From contig JAOSKU010000001.1 of NCBI GenBank assembly GCA_027493445.1, forward strand, positions 1,803,936 through 1,867,935: a DNA stretch of 64,000 nt. Direction: 5' to 3'. Below the pieces are notes generated by a model. That model saw nothing but the letters and a program-made list of their open reading frames with translations. It did no database searches and was not told the DNA's origin. Below, one piece after another: positions 41,114 to 50,970 of this stretch. This DNA comes from Thermoleophilia bacterium (GTDB taxonomy: Bacteria; Actinomycetota; Thermoleophilia; RBG-16-64-13). Position 1 is the stretch's first letter. Every line of letters begins with the position of its first letter. Made by a program: the position numbers and the translations under genes.

Positions 41114-41318
41114 CTCACCACCCACGCCGCGCCCAGGGCGGTTTGCTTGTAGCGCACCTTGACGTCGCACCAAGTGGGGAAGCAGACGAGTTCCCGATAT
41201 CGCCAAAGCTCGGTGAGACGAAGTGAAACTCACCCCCGAGACGGCTGGATGTGGCGCGGGCGCTCGGGTAGGAGGTCGGCCGGCACCGCAAGATCGGGCG
41301 AAGACCGGCCCGGCGCGG

Positions 41319-41666
41319 TCAGCGGTCTGCGCGCTGTCTCCTGAGAGCGGCGGCGACTCCAAAGGCGTGGAAGTAGCCGTGCCAGCTACGGGCGGTCGAA
41401 CCGAACCGGTTCTCCCCCAGGAAATAGTCGAGGAGGACCTCCCTGAGGCGGGTCAACTCCTTCAGGCGATGCCGATGCCGCGGATCTCCGATCGTCAGCT
41501 CGAGGAGCTCCAGCGCCCGCTCGAGTGCTTTCTGGCTGTAATCGGGGTTGCATTTCGCCGCCCAATTGAGCGCCCGCTCGACTTCGCTCCCCACGTTGGC
41601 CAACTGCTCGAGGAGGGTGAAGTCCCGCCACCGGCCAGCGGCCAACTCTGGATGCTGTACGCTCAT
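41319..41666 (-). CDS. Conserved hypothetical protein (115 aa), downstream partner of a translationally coupled pair
   Basis: MSVQHPELAAGRWRDFTLLEQLANVGSEVERALNW... No family confidently recognised. ATGA overlap with the upstream ORF. Confidence 0.5.
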   Translation of the reverse strand: MSVQHPELAAGRWRDFTLLEQLANVGSEVERALNWAAKCNPDYSQKALERALELLELTIGDPRHRHRLKELTRLREVLLDYFLGENRFGSTARSWHGYFHAFGVAAALRRQRADR

Positions 41667-42004
41667 GGTTCGAGCAGGGCTTCCACGATAGCGAGGACCC
41701 GGTCCCGGAGCACGGGATCGTCAACCCCGCGCGAACGGTTCCCCTGCGACGGGCGGATGTTGATCATGGAATCGAACTCGACGCGATCCGGGCCCGACAG
41801 CTCTGGATAGATGTTGATGCCCCAGAGGTCTTTCTGGGCGGACCCGTGTTCCAGGAGCAATGCTTCTTCGTCGGCGTGGAGCTCCCCGTCGACCGCCATA
41901 ACGCCGCGCTCCACATCGACGACGGCTTTGACGAGATCTCCAAACCCTGCCTGGGCCATGATCTCCAGGTCCGTGGTGGGGATGGGGTTGTCGATGATCT
42001 TCAC
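41663..42004 (-). CDS. Conserved hypothetical protein (113 aa), possibly DUF5674-like
   Basis: MKIIDNPIPTTDLEIMAQAGFGDLVKAVVDVERGVMAVDGELHADEEALLLEHGSAQKDLWGINIYPE. Coding-like codon bias. Confidence 0.5.
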   Translation of the reverse strand: MKIIDNPIPTTDLEIMAQAGFGDLVKAVVDVERGVMAVDGELHADEEALLLEHGSAQKDLWGINIYPELSGPDRVEFDSMINIRPSQGNRSRGVDDPVLRDRVLAIVEALLEP

Positions 42005-42026
42005 GGCCCGAATATAGCAGGCATGG

Positions 42027-42293
42027 CTACCTGGCGCTGGGTCGAGTGGCGGTCGAGAGGCAGCCGGCCAGATCGATGAACCGAGCCTTGCCCACGGTGG
42101 TCAGTTGATCACCCATGGCCTTGGCGGGCTTCCCTCTCAGCGTGACCAGAGCCTCGCTGGGATAAACAGGCTCCATGTTGCTCGTGAGCGGCACCACCTG
42201 CACCCGGTTCAGGTGCCGGTTCGAGGCGTCGTTGCTGATGATGAGCGCCGGGCGTTCTTTGCGAACGTTTGCGCCGTACGAGCATCTGGTATC
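42027..42293 (-). pseudogene. MazF/PemK toxin lacking N-terminus and with replaced 3' end
   Basis: ..GANVRKERPALIISNDASNRHLNRVQVVPLTSNMEPVYPSEALVTLRGKPAKAMGDQLTTVGKARFIDLAG.. A 90-nt near-identical copy of its 3' part is at 51518-51606. Confidence 0.5.
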
Positions 42294-42539
42294 ATGTACG
42301 GCATGGACGAGACGAAGCTTACGGTACGTATCCCGCGGGAAACGCTCGACGAAGCCAAGCGCTACGCTCGCGAGCACGACACCACGGTGAGCCGGTTGGT
42401 CATCACGCATCTCGAGCACTTGCGCCGAGACGACGACGCGCTCGCCGACGCACCCATCACGCGACGGCTGGTCGGTGCGCTCGCTCCCGAAGCCTCCATC
42501 CAGGAGTACCGGGACTACCTCGAGCGCAAGTATGCCTAG
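42294..42539 (+). CDS. Ribbon-helix-helix antitoxin
   Basis: MYGMDETKLTVRIPRETLDEAKRYAREHDTTVSRLVITHLEHL. Confidence 0.65.
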   Translation: MYGMDETKLTVRIPRETLDEAKRYAREHDTTVSRLVITHLEHLRRDDDALADAPITRRLVGALAPEASIQEYRDYLERKYA

Positions 42540-43023
42540 GAGGCCCCGGGTCCTGCTCGATGTCAACGTGGTCCTCGACGTGCTCCAACGTCGCGAGCCC
42601 TTATTCGAGGATTCCGCCTCCCTCATGGCCGCCGTGGAATCGGGCCGCTGCGAGGGTCTGATGGCCGCGCACACCGTCACCACCCTGTTCTACCTAGTGA
42701 CCAAGCACGCCTCCGCTGCAGTTGCGCGCGTCCAGGTCGTCGAGTTGCTCCGACTGCTCAAGGTGGCCCCCGTGGATCAAGGGGTGCTGGAAGAGGCGCT
42801 GGCTCTCCCGTACGGCGATCTCGAAGACAGCGTGCAGATGGCAGCCGCCGAGCGCGCCGGTGCGGAATACTTGGTGACGCGCGACCGAGCGGGCTATGCC
42901 GCCGGTCCCCTCCCCACCCTCACGCCCGGTGAGCTCCTAGGGCCTGGTGGGCGAGGTCTAGCTACCACACGGCGGAGAAGAAGGATGCGATTTCGCAGCC
43001 GGAGCCACGTAAGCGCCCCCTAG
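42532..43023 (+). CDS. PIN-domain toxin
   Basis: MPRRPRVLLDVNVVLDVLQRREPLFEDSASLMAAVESGRCEG... Overlaps the RHH stop. Confidence 0.75.
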   Translation: MPRRPRVLLDVNVVLDVLQRREPLFEDSASLMAAVESGRCEGLMAAHTVTTLFYLVTKHASAAVARVQVVELLRLLKVAPVDQGVLEEALALPYGDLEDSVQMAAAERAGAEYLVTRDRAGYAAGPLPTLTPGELLGPGGRGLATTRRRRRMRFRSRSHVSAP

Positions 43024-43076
43024 ACCACCCTCCTTTGCCCCACCGCCGCCACACGGGGGCGGAGGCCGCCGTTGAG

Positions 43077-43472
43077 CTACGCGAGCGGTACCAGGGCGAG
43101 GTCGGTTTGAGCGAAATCCCCTCCCAGGCAGAGCAAAGGCTGGCCGGCCAGCTTGGCCACGGCGTAACTCATGCAGTCCCCGTAGTTCAAGGCCGCGGGA
43201 TGTCGGCCCTTGCCGAAGCGCAAGAAGGCCTCCGTCGCTTCGTCCCAATGGGCGGCGGCGAAAGGCAAGACTGCGATCTCGTACTCCTGAAGGAATCGAG
43301 CCAGCTTGGGACGCGCATCGCGATCGAGGCGGGCCGACAAGACGAGCGTGGCCTCAGTCAACGTGGGCGCCCCCACAGCCAGGGACTCATCGCCTTCAAG
43401 ACGGTCCACTACGGCTTGGAAGCCCGGCTCACGCAGGACAACGGCCACCATGGCCGAGGTGTCGAGGATCAT
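43077..43472 (-). CDS. vapC: VapC PIN toxin (family X paralog)
   Basis: 131 aa, closely similar to 18022-18417. Confidence 0.85.
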   Translation of the reverse strand: MILDTSAMVAVVLREPGFQAVVDRLEGDESLAVGAPTLTEATLVLSARLDRDARPKLARFLQEYEIAVLPFAAAHWDEATEAFLRFGKGRHPAALNYGDCMSYAVAKLAGQPLLCLGGDFAQTDLALVPLA

Positions 43473-43741
43473 ACGCCGTGGGGGCCGTAGCCCAAGATCT
43501 CGTCGTCGAGCTCTTCGTCGTGCGGCTTATCCAACAGCTCAGCGGGGATGTCCACCCAGATCTCTCGCTCCAGAAAGCGCCGCCGCTGGGCCGTGCGCGC
43601 GACGCGAGACACGCGCAGCGTGAGTCTGTCTCGTTTCTCCTCGAGCGCCTGCCGTACGGCTTGGGTCTTGTTCTGGCCGCTCAACCGCGCGACTTCTTCA
43701 GCCAAGCGCTCGACCTCCAGGTTCTTGATCGTCAACGCCAT
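43469..43741 (-). CDS. vapB: VapB antitoxin (family X paralog)
   Basis: MALTIKNLEVERLAEEVARLSGQNKTQAVRQALEEKRDRLTL. Confidence 0.8.
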   Translation of the reverse strand: MALTIKNLEVERLAEEVARLSGQNKTQAVRQALEEKRDRLTLRVSRVARTAQRRRFLEREIWVDIPAELLDKPHDEELDDEILGYGPHGV

Positions 43742-44233
43742 GATCCCTCCGCTACCCGCGTATCACCTGATGCCCATGATACCAGAATACTGAACGAATA
43801 CACCAAGCAGTAATACCGTCGCGATCCGGGGCACGATCATTGCGTGAGCAGGACCACCTCACGTCCTTCCAAGTCCGTATCCTCCTTGTGAGACGCATGG
43901 GCCCGCCGACCTCGGACCGAGGTCGCGCAGAAGCCCGCGTGGCCTTGCTCCACTATCGCGACGCGGGTCGGACGGACGGCCAGGCACTCGGCCTCGTCCA
44001 GGCCCCGGGTCCAGCTCGATGTCAAGGTCGTCCTCGACGTGCTCCAGCGTCGAGAGCCCTTTTTCGAGGACCGCGCCTCCGTAATGGCCGCCGTGCAATC
44101 GGGAGGCTGCGTACCGGGATCTTCGGCCATGCGGACGAGGAGATTGTGAAGTACCTGAGCCACCTCCCCCCGGGGCATGCTCGACCAGGGGCTCAGATCG
44201 GCCAGCGGGGTCCCCTCCAACAGATCGTTGTAC

Positions 44234-44683
44234 TCAGCCATGCGGGCATTTGGGCCCGTGGATCGCGTCGAAGCTCGTGCCCCAAGTACCCTGGTAGCTC
44301 TCCGGAGGGAGTAGGAGAGTTACGGCGAGTAGATTCTGAGCCGCCCGCACCACCATGGTGATGACTTGAGCTCGCGAGATCTCGTCTGCGGGAGCGAACA
44401 CACCTGGCCCATCGGTGAGCCCGTGGGCAAACGCCACCGCGATATAGCCTACCGGGTAGGGGTACGCCCTCCAGACGGGAATCTGCGGCCGGAAGGTGCC
44501 GTCGACGTAGCCGTTGATAATGCCGCGAGCGGAGAGGTCGCCGATGGCGGAGCCGTACTCGGGGCCGGAGACATCGGTGAAGACGAGCGCCGGTACCGTC
44601 AGCCGGCAAGCAATGACGCCGTGCACCCCAGAACCATCATCCACCGCTTCGCCTCTGCCTGCTTGGTGGTATCGAACGCGCAC
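44234..44683 (-). pseudogene. Orphan internal fragment of an S-layer-homology (SLH) domain protein
   Basis: Two SLH repeats (FTDVSGPEYGSAIGDLSARGIINGYVDGTFRPQ and FAPADEISRAQVITMVVRAAQ). There is no signal peptide upstream. The downstream side runs into an RHH/PIN remnant at about 43900-44100. Confidence 0.55.
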
Positions 44684-45152
44684 CCTCGGCGCGGGCTCCC
44701 ACTATCGCTCAGCGCCGCGCATCGAACGCGGTTAGGAGACTCGCGCCTGGGACGATCCTGGCCACCACGTGACGCTCATCCTCCCATTGCGTACGGGCCC
44801 GCCTCCCATCATCAGACTGAGGAACGAGCTCGAAGGCGAGGAGTTCGAGTACGCAGCGCTCCTGAGCGCTCTCGAGGACTACGCCTACCCCGGGACAAGG
44901 TAACAGCCATGCTCCGGCGGGGCGACATCGTGCGCCTACAAATCACGCAAGGTGCGCCTCCTCGCCGCCGTCGTACGCTTGCTCGGGGGATCAGCAGAGG
45001 CCACGCGGGGGGCGTCGTGGACGAGGCTTTCAGGCGCATGCTCGACCGGTACGAGCTCCGGCGGACAGAGGACTACACCCGGGCCCGGGGACGAGAGGGC
45101 GGTGGCAGACCTCGACGTCGAATCTACCGCGCTGGTCCTGGGTTGAACATAC

Positions 45153-45217
45153 AAGGACAACGCATGGCGCCGCCCAGTGCGCTCCGGCGGCCGAGGTTTC
45201 TTTTCCGACAGCCTCCG
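45153..45217. repeat. Half-copy (one arm) of the long palindromic repeat element; near-identical to 55283-55352
   Basis: gaggacaacgcatggcgccgcccagtgcgctccggcggccgaggtttctttt(t)ccgacagcctcc. Confidence 0.6.
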
Positions 45218-45278
45218 AGGTAAGACATCATAGCTCGTCGCTCACGAGCAGGCACGAAGGCGCGAGGCCTTGATCGTC

Positions 45279-46421
45279 CTAGACCAAGCGCCGCAGCAAC
45301 CCTTCCAAATCTACGACGGTGGCTTCGGTGGTGCCTCCTAGGCCCACCTTGTACTCTCGGCTCAGCACCGGAACCACCACCACCGCCTCCGCTTCCGAGT
45401 AGGCGCGTTTGAGCGCGGCGAGCCCGCTCACATCCCGAAGGGACGCTTCAGACCAGGTGCATTCGACGGCCAGTAGACCGCGCCCCCGGCGCATGACCAC
45501 GAAATCCACTTCCTGCCCGTGCTTCGTCCGCCAGTATCGCGGTTTTACCAAGGGAGCGCGGGCATGGATCTCGTTCAAGACGTAGTGCTCCCAGAAGCAG
45601 CCATAGTCTTCCGGTCGCGGCGAGGCCAGGCCCCGGGCGTGACGAACAAAGCCGGTATCAAGCGCATAGACCTTGGGGGCCTTGACAATCTCCGAGGCCC
45701 GACGGGTGGAGAAGGGAGCAAGGACATGGGCCACCCTCGTTTCCTGGAGCACCTGCAGGTAGTTCGAGATCGTGGGACGGCTCGCCTCGCAGGGACCGGT
45801 GTAAGTCGTCGCCTCAAAGATTCCTCCGCTGTTCAGCAGCAGCATCTCCGTGAAGCGCCGAAACGAACTGCGCCGCTCAATGCGGAAGAGCTCCTGGATA
45901 TCTCGAGCCCAGAACGCATCGAGCCATTCCTCGAACTCTGCCGCGGCGCTATCTGTCCCCCCGAGAAAGAAGGGGGGAACCCCGCCGTTCCAGAGGCGGG
46001 TCTCCAGACTTCCGCCGAACTCCTCAAGATCACGGGACATCATGGGCGTCAACCACACCGCTACTTTGCGCCCCGCGAGGGTATCCGAGAATTTGGCCGT
46101 AGCGGCCAGGGTCGAGGAGCCGGTCGCCACCACCTTGACATAAGGGTAGTGATCCGCTGCGATCTTGAGCACCTCGGAGGGACGGGGCAGCCGGTGGATC
46201 TCGTCAAGCACAATACGCTTGCCCCGAAGACCCGCCAGAAACCGCTCGGGCTCAGCCAACTGCCGCCGCACAGTGGGCAGCTCACAGTCGAAATACTCGG
46301 CAGAATCCAAACTCTGACAGAGAGTCGTCTTGCCGATGCGGCGGACGCCAAACAGCCACACCACCGAACGCCGCCGCCACCCTTCTTCGATTCGTTCTAT
46401 CCAGAAGCTTCTTTGAACCAT
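45279..46421 (-). CDS. DUF4143/COG1373 AAA+ ATPase
   Basis: Walker A GVRRIGKTTL and Walker B RIVLDEIHRLP. 380 aa. Confidence 0.8.
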   Translation of the reverse strand: MVQRSFWIERIEEGWRRRSVVWLFGVRRIGKTTLCQSLDSAEYFDCELPTVRRQLAEPERFLAGLRGKRIVLDEIHRLPRPSEVLKIAADHYPYVKVVATGSSTLAATAKFSDTLAGRKVAVWLTPMMSRDLEEFGGSLETRLWNGGVPPFFLGGTDSAAAEFEEWLDAFWARDIQELFRIERRSSFRRFTEMLLLNSGGIFEATTYTGPCEASRPTISNYLQVLQETRVAHVLAPFSTRRASEIVKAPKVYALDTGFVRHARGLASPRPEDYGCFWEHYVLNEIHARAPLVKPRYWRTKHGQEVDFVVMRRGRGLLAVECTWSEASLRDVSGLAALKRAYSEAEAVVVVPVLSREYKVGLGGTTEATVVDLEGLLRRLV

Positions 46422-46745
46422 GCGCAGCTAGTATTGCATATGGTCGAACCAAAGGCAACTAGACCTGCATATGGTTCCGCTCAAGGAGCCGAACTGTTGC
46501 CCCCTCTACACTCCAGGTCGGAAGGAAGTCTTGACCAGCCCCAGACGCGTCTATGCTCGAAAACGGCGGTCCAGGGTGAAAAGGGCCAGGCCGTATTCGA
46601 GAGCCCTGCCCGCCACTTCGTTCTGCTCGAACAACCTTGCTGCCGTCCGCCCGTGGCGAAGGAAGGAGCGAAGACAGTCGCCTTGAAGTCCTTGCGGGAG
46701 GCGGTGGCGACGGCCCACGCTCGATGGCGGCCCCTATGCCGCCGG

Positions 46746-47156
46746 CTACTCCGGCAGCAGTCTGAACGGGCGCCCGTCACTCATCCGTATGGCGCCGAAG
46801 TGGCGCCGGTCCAGGGTCACGATGCGGTCCGTGCCCAGCCGCTCGGCGAGCACCGCGACGGAGGCGTCCGTGCCGCCAATGGGAAAGTCGGCATAGCGCT
46901 GGACCAGTCCGGCGATGGCCGGCCAGTCGTCTGAACTTGGCGCCTCGACTTCCACCGCGGCGAGGCCGCGGAGGAACGCGGCTTCAGCGGCCGTCCCGAG
47001 GCGGCGGCCAACCAGATACGTCACTTCGGCGACAACGAGGGCCGGTACGACAAGCTCGAGATCGGCGCGCTGGAGCACTTCGAGACAGCGCAGGTGATCG
47101 TCGTCGTCGGCATCAGCCGCTGCGTAGAGCGGGCCGGAGTCAATGATCGCGATCAA
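46746..47156 (-). CDS. vapC: VapC PIN toxin (probable TTG start at 47156; track ORF extends to 47231)
   Basis: LIAIIDSGPLYAAADADDDDHLRC... Confidence 0.7.
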   Translation of the reverse strand: MIAIIDSGPLYAAADADDDDHLRCLEVLQRADLELVVPALVVAEVTYLVGRRLGTAAEAAFLRGLAAVEVEAPSSDDWPAIAGLVQRYADFPIGGTDASVAVLAERLGTDRIVTLDRRHFGAIRMSDGRPFRLLPE

Positions 47157-47373
47157 GGCCCCACTCGGTTTCGAGGATCTTCTCCAGGTCGCGGGCTGTG
47201 GACCGGTGGCCGCTGCGGCCGAGCGCGGCAAAGGGAAGCTCCCTGGGCTCTGCGGACCCGCGCCCCTCGATGGCCTCGCGGGCTATCTGCGAGATCGGAA
47301 CTCCGCGTCGCCGCGCCTCACGCTTGAGGGCGGCGGCGACGTTGTCGGGCAGGCTGATGGTTATGCGCCTCAT
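47140..47373 (-). CDS. vapB: RHH (CopG-like) VapB antitoxin
   Basis: MRRITISLPDNVAAALKREARRRGVPISQIAREAIE. TATTAT -10-like element just upstream. Confidence 0.7.
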   Translation of the reverse strand: MRRITISLPDNVAAALKREARRRGVPISQIAREAIEGRGSAEPRELPFAALGRSGHRSTARDLEKILETEWGLDRDH

Positions 47374-47524
47374 ACATGCATAATAGCATACGTGGCGGCA
47401 TGCGCGGCCCAGGGGAACCATACGCCCCCATGTCGGGGAACAAAACGAGCGACCTTGCCTTGCCGACCACAGTATCCAGCCAGGCGGTCGCCGCGGCCGG
47501 ACGGTCAGCGGCGGCCGTACCTCG

Positions 47525-48335
47525 GTGACAGCGGGCACCATCTTTGACCGAACGCGCACACCGCTCACGGTATGGTTCACCGCCTGCTGGCTTCTCGCCA
47601 CCGGCAAGGACGGCATCTCGGCGCTCAGCCTGAAACGAGCCCTGGAGATGGGCTCCTACCAGACCGCCTGGGCTATGCTGCATCGGCTGCGCTCGGTGCT
47701 GGTGCGCCCGGGCCGGGACCGGCTGGCCGGGGTGGTGGAGGTAGATGAGACCTACATCGGCGGTGAGGAGCCGGGGCTGCCCGGATGGGGCCGCTCCCCG
47801 ATGCCTCGGCCGCCTCGCTGCACGCCTTCGTGCAAGCGCACGTCAACCCGGCGCCAAGGTCATCACCGACGGCTGGCAGTGCTACCGCGGGCTGGAGAAG
47901 CTCGGCTACGCCCACGAGCGCCGCAGCCAACGCGCCGCCCGGGTCGGCGGGAAGGACCCCGGCGATCTGCTGCCCGCTTCACACCGGGTCGCCTCGCCGG
48001 CCAAGCGCTGGCTGCTGGGCACCCATCAGGGCTCGGTGAACAACGCCCACTTGGCCAGCTACTTAAACGAGTTCGTGTTCCGCTTCAACCGCCGGAGCTC
48101 GCGCAGCCGCGGGATGCTGTTCTACCGGGTGCTCGATCTCGCCGTGGCCCACGACCCGGTGCGCTACCAGGACCTCATCGCCGGAGCGCAGCCCCGGGCA
48201 GTACCGCCCCCGCCACCCCAGGCGCGCGGGCATCCCCGAGCTTGGAGCGCCCTCCAGCGAACCGCCCGTGGAGAACTGCCGATCTCGATTCCTCCGGTTA
48301 AATGGATACCCCCTCAGTGCGGAAAACGGGGCTAG
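47525..48335 (+). mobile_element. IS1595-family transposase gene, 5'-decayed and internally frameshifted (ORFs 47525-48301 and 47745-48335)
   Basis: SVTAGTIFDRTRTPLTVWFTACWLLATGKDGISALSLKRAL (ISXO2-like N region) and DGWQCYRGLEKLGYAHERRS...NNAHLASYLNEFVFRFNRR (C region). No intact zinc ribbon upstream. Confidence 0.65.
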
Positions 48336-48357
48336 CGGCCGTAGGCGCAGGTGCGGC

Positions 48358-48795
48358 CTATGATGTATCGATGGACGACTTGTAAGGCAGCGCCTCCATC
48401 GGGAGGAGCCCGGTCAAGGCATCGAATTCGGGGTCGTTGTGGATCAATACCGCATCTCTCCGGAGGGCGAACGCGGCGATGATGGCATCGGCCAGGGAGA
48501 TACGATGTTCAGCCTTCAGCCGGGCGGCGGTCAGCACAGTCGATTCGTCTATATCCCACAGGATCTTGACGTTCAGTTGCTTGATCAAAGCAAAGCGGCG
48601 ATCTGCCTCCGCCACACCTTCTTCCTGCAGGGTAATGTAGTGTGTTTCCAGGAGAACCGGCCAGGGCAGGAGCGTCGTTGCCTGCTTCAGCGCCTGTTCG
48701 ACGCGGTCCGCACCTGCTTCGTCCTCGATGAACGCCAAGAGCGCCGATGTGTCAACCAGATAGGGGTTGGATCCGGTCTCGACAGTCGCGGCCAT
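48358..48795 (-). CDS. vapC: VapC PIN toxin (family Y paralog of 19183-19620)
   Basis: MAATVETGSNPYLVDTSALLAFIEDE. Confidence 0.8.
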   Translation of the reverse strand: MAATVETGSNPYLVDTSALLAFIEDEAGADRVEQALKQATTLLPWPVLLETHYITLQEEGVAEADRRFALIKQLNVKILWDIDESTVLTAARLKAEHRISLADAIIAAFALRRDAVLIHNDPEFDALTGLLPMEALPYKSSIDTS

Positions 48796-48805
48796 TCCGC
48801 TTGGC

Positions 48806-49042
48806 TCAGGGTTGCGTTTCACGATCGCGGTCGTATTGCCGTTCCGCCAGAAGGCGCTCGGTCAGTTTCTTGCCTCGACCCCGCCCGCGCAGGGCCTTCA
48901 GCGGATCGTCCGACACGGGGACGACCCTGATCGTTTCCCCGTCGTCCAGCCACACCAGATGCACTCCGCTATCAATGTGGTAGCGCTTCCGAATAGCGGC
49001 CGGAACGACGGTCTGCCCGCGTTTTGTCACAGCTGTCTGCAT
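48806..49042 (-). CDS. vapB: AbrB-type VapB antitoxin (family Y paralog)
   Basis: MQTAVTKRGQTVVPAAIRKRYHIDSGVHLVWLDDGETIRVVP. The duplicated block about 48365-49130 matches 19180-19965, including the upstream operator-like region. Confidence 0.75.
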   Translation of the reverse strand: MQTAVTKRGQTVVPAAIRKRYHIDSGVHLVWLDDGETIRVVPVSDDPLKALRGRGRGKKLTERLLAERQYDRDRETQP

Positions 49043-49249
49043 GATTGACCTCCCCAAACTAGATTTTACAAGTCGATCATCGGCAACGCAAGTCTCGCTT
49101 TCCGCGGACAAGGAGCGCCTCAGCGTCACTTGGAAGAGCGCGCAATAACGGGCGCTGTGCCACGGGTTCCAGGGTGTGGTGAATGCGTAATGCGACCGGC
49201 TTCGCGCAGCCCGCGGGTGCGGCGGGCGACCTCACAGGGGGTCTCAGTC

Positions 49250-49530
49250 GAGGCGGACGACCTCAAGGACCAAGCTCGGGGCAGCTACGGCCATGACCCG
49301 GTCGGCAGTGGCCAGCACCGGGGCTCCGATGGCACGGACCATGGCCAGGTGGAGAGCGTTCAGGCTGCGCAAGGTCGAGCGCAGGTCGGGGTGTGACGGC
49401 ATGGACCGCACCCTCTCGAAGGGGACCACCCGGGCTATGGGGCGACGTGGGGATGCGCTCGGTTCACTGCGAAGCTGTAGCGAGCAGCCTGGTACTCCGC
49501 CTCTGCCGAGGCCATAGCTTCGGCGGATTT
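49250..49530 (-). pseudogene. Mosaic remnant: Phd C-terminus fused to VapC C-terminus, plus HEPN N-terminal fragment
   Basis: ..ARVVPFERVRSMPSHPDLRSTLRSLNALHLAMVRAIGAPVLATADRVMAVAAPSLVLEVVRL and, just above it, MASAEAEYQAARYSFAVNRA (also seen at 54455-54525). Confidence 0.4.
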
Positions 49531-49551
49531 CTCGAGCCAGTATCTGATGAC

Positions 49552-50970
49552 GGGTCAAGTCCCGTAATGTGGTGTAGCAGCCCGGCAGCCGAGACCTGAG
49601 TAGCAAATCGGCCACTGGGCGTCCTAGAATCGTCGAGGGTTCCGCCAAGAACATCGACGAGAGGAGCATCACAGTGGCCGACCAGTACAGCATGACGCCT
49701 GCCGAAGCCGCGGGCAAGGTCCTTGCATCCGAGCATGGCGACTTCCTGAGAGAAGCCGTGCATTGCGTGCTCAGGGAGATCATGGAGGGCGCGGTGAGCG
49801 CGGTCACAGGCGCGAGCTTCGGCGAACGTTCCCCCGAGCGGGCCGTCCAGCGCAACGGCTACCGGCCCCGGGGGTTCGACACCCGCGTGGGCACCATCGA
49901 GCTCGCCATCCCCCGTCTCAGGCGGGGCAGCTACTTCCCGAGCTTCCTCGAGCCGAGACGCCGAAGCGAACAGGCCCTTGTCGCGGTGGTGGCCGAAGCC
50001 TACGTCAACGGGGTCTCGACGCGCAAGGTGGAGCGCCTGGTGGAGCAGCTCGGCATCGAGTCTATGAGCCGCTCCACCGTCTCCCGGCTCTGCACGGTGC
50101 TCGATGAGCAGGTCAGGCTCTTCCGGGAGCGCCCCTGGAGGGCCGCTACCCCTACCTGTGGCTCGACGCCCGCATCGAGCGGGTGCGTGAGGAGGGGGTG
50201 TCCGCCAGAAGGCCCTCATCGTCGCCTACGGCGTCCACGAGACCGGGCGCAGAGAGGTTCTTGGCACCGACGTGGGCCAGGCGGAGAGCGAGGCCTTCTG
50301 GCGAGACTTCCTGCGTTACCTCGTGGCCCGGGGTCTCACGGGCGTCTTGCTCTGCGTCTCTGATGCCCACCCCGGCCTGAAGAAGGCCATCGCTCAGGTG
50401 CTCGGCTGCCCCTGGCAACGCTGCACCGTCCACTTCCTCCGGGACATGAAGGGGCATGTGGGGCGCTCGCAGCAGCAGATGGTCGCGGCGGCAGTGCGTC
50501 AGGTCTTCCAGGCCGAGGGTCTGGCCCAGGCCCGTCTCGTTCTCGGCGAGGTGGTCGCTCGGCTCGAGGGGCCGGCTCTCAAGGTGGCCCGTCTGCTCGA
50601 GGACGCAGAAGACGACCTCCTTGCCTTCCTTGACTTCCCGCGCGAGCACTGGTCCAAGCTGCGCTCGACCAACCCGCTCGAGCGCATCAACCGGGAGATC
50701 GGCAGACGAAGCGACGTGGTCGGCATCTACCCGAACGACCAGAGCCTCCTCCGGCTCACCGGGGCCCTCCTTTGCGAGCAAAACGACGAGTGGCTCGTCT
50801 CCCGCCGGTACCTCTCGGTCGAGTCCCTGGCGAAGCTCTACCACGACGACACCATCGACGCCGACGAGATCACCCTGTCCATCCATCCTGCACGGAAGGA
50901 GGTGGCCCCGGCGGCGTAGCCGGGAGTCCGTAGCGACGATCGGGAGCTACACCACAAAGTGGGACTTGAC
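49552..50970 (+). mobile_element. IS256-family insertion sequence with about 30-bp terminal inverted repeats and 8-bp target-site duplication CTGATGAC
   Basis: Left end GGGTCAAGTCCCGTAATGTGGTGTAGC and right end (reverse complement) GGTCAAGTCCCACTTTGTGGTGTAGC. CTGATGAC is present at 49544-49551 and 50971-50978. Confidence 0.8.
49674..50919 (+). CDS. IS256-family (mutator-type) transposase; two -1 homopolymer frameshifts near 50150 and 50215
   Basis: Three overlapping ORFs join into ..YRPRGFDTRVGTIELAIPRLRRGSYFPSFLE..PYLWLDARIERVREEGG-VRQKALIVAYGVHETGRREVLG..CVSDAHPGLKKAI.. Confidence 0.8.

Noticed and set aside
44780-45250. Possible mazE/mazF-like remnant (MLRRGDIVRLQI... after a 41-codon ORF ending ..LEDYAYPGTR)
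   Set aside because: I could not reconstruct a MazF fold in any combination of frames. The resemblance is limited to the first about 12 residues. It is mentioned only as a possible footprint.
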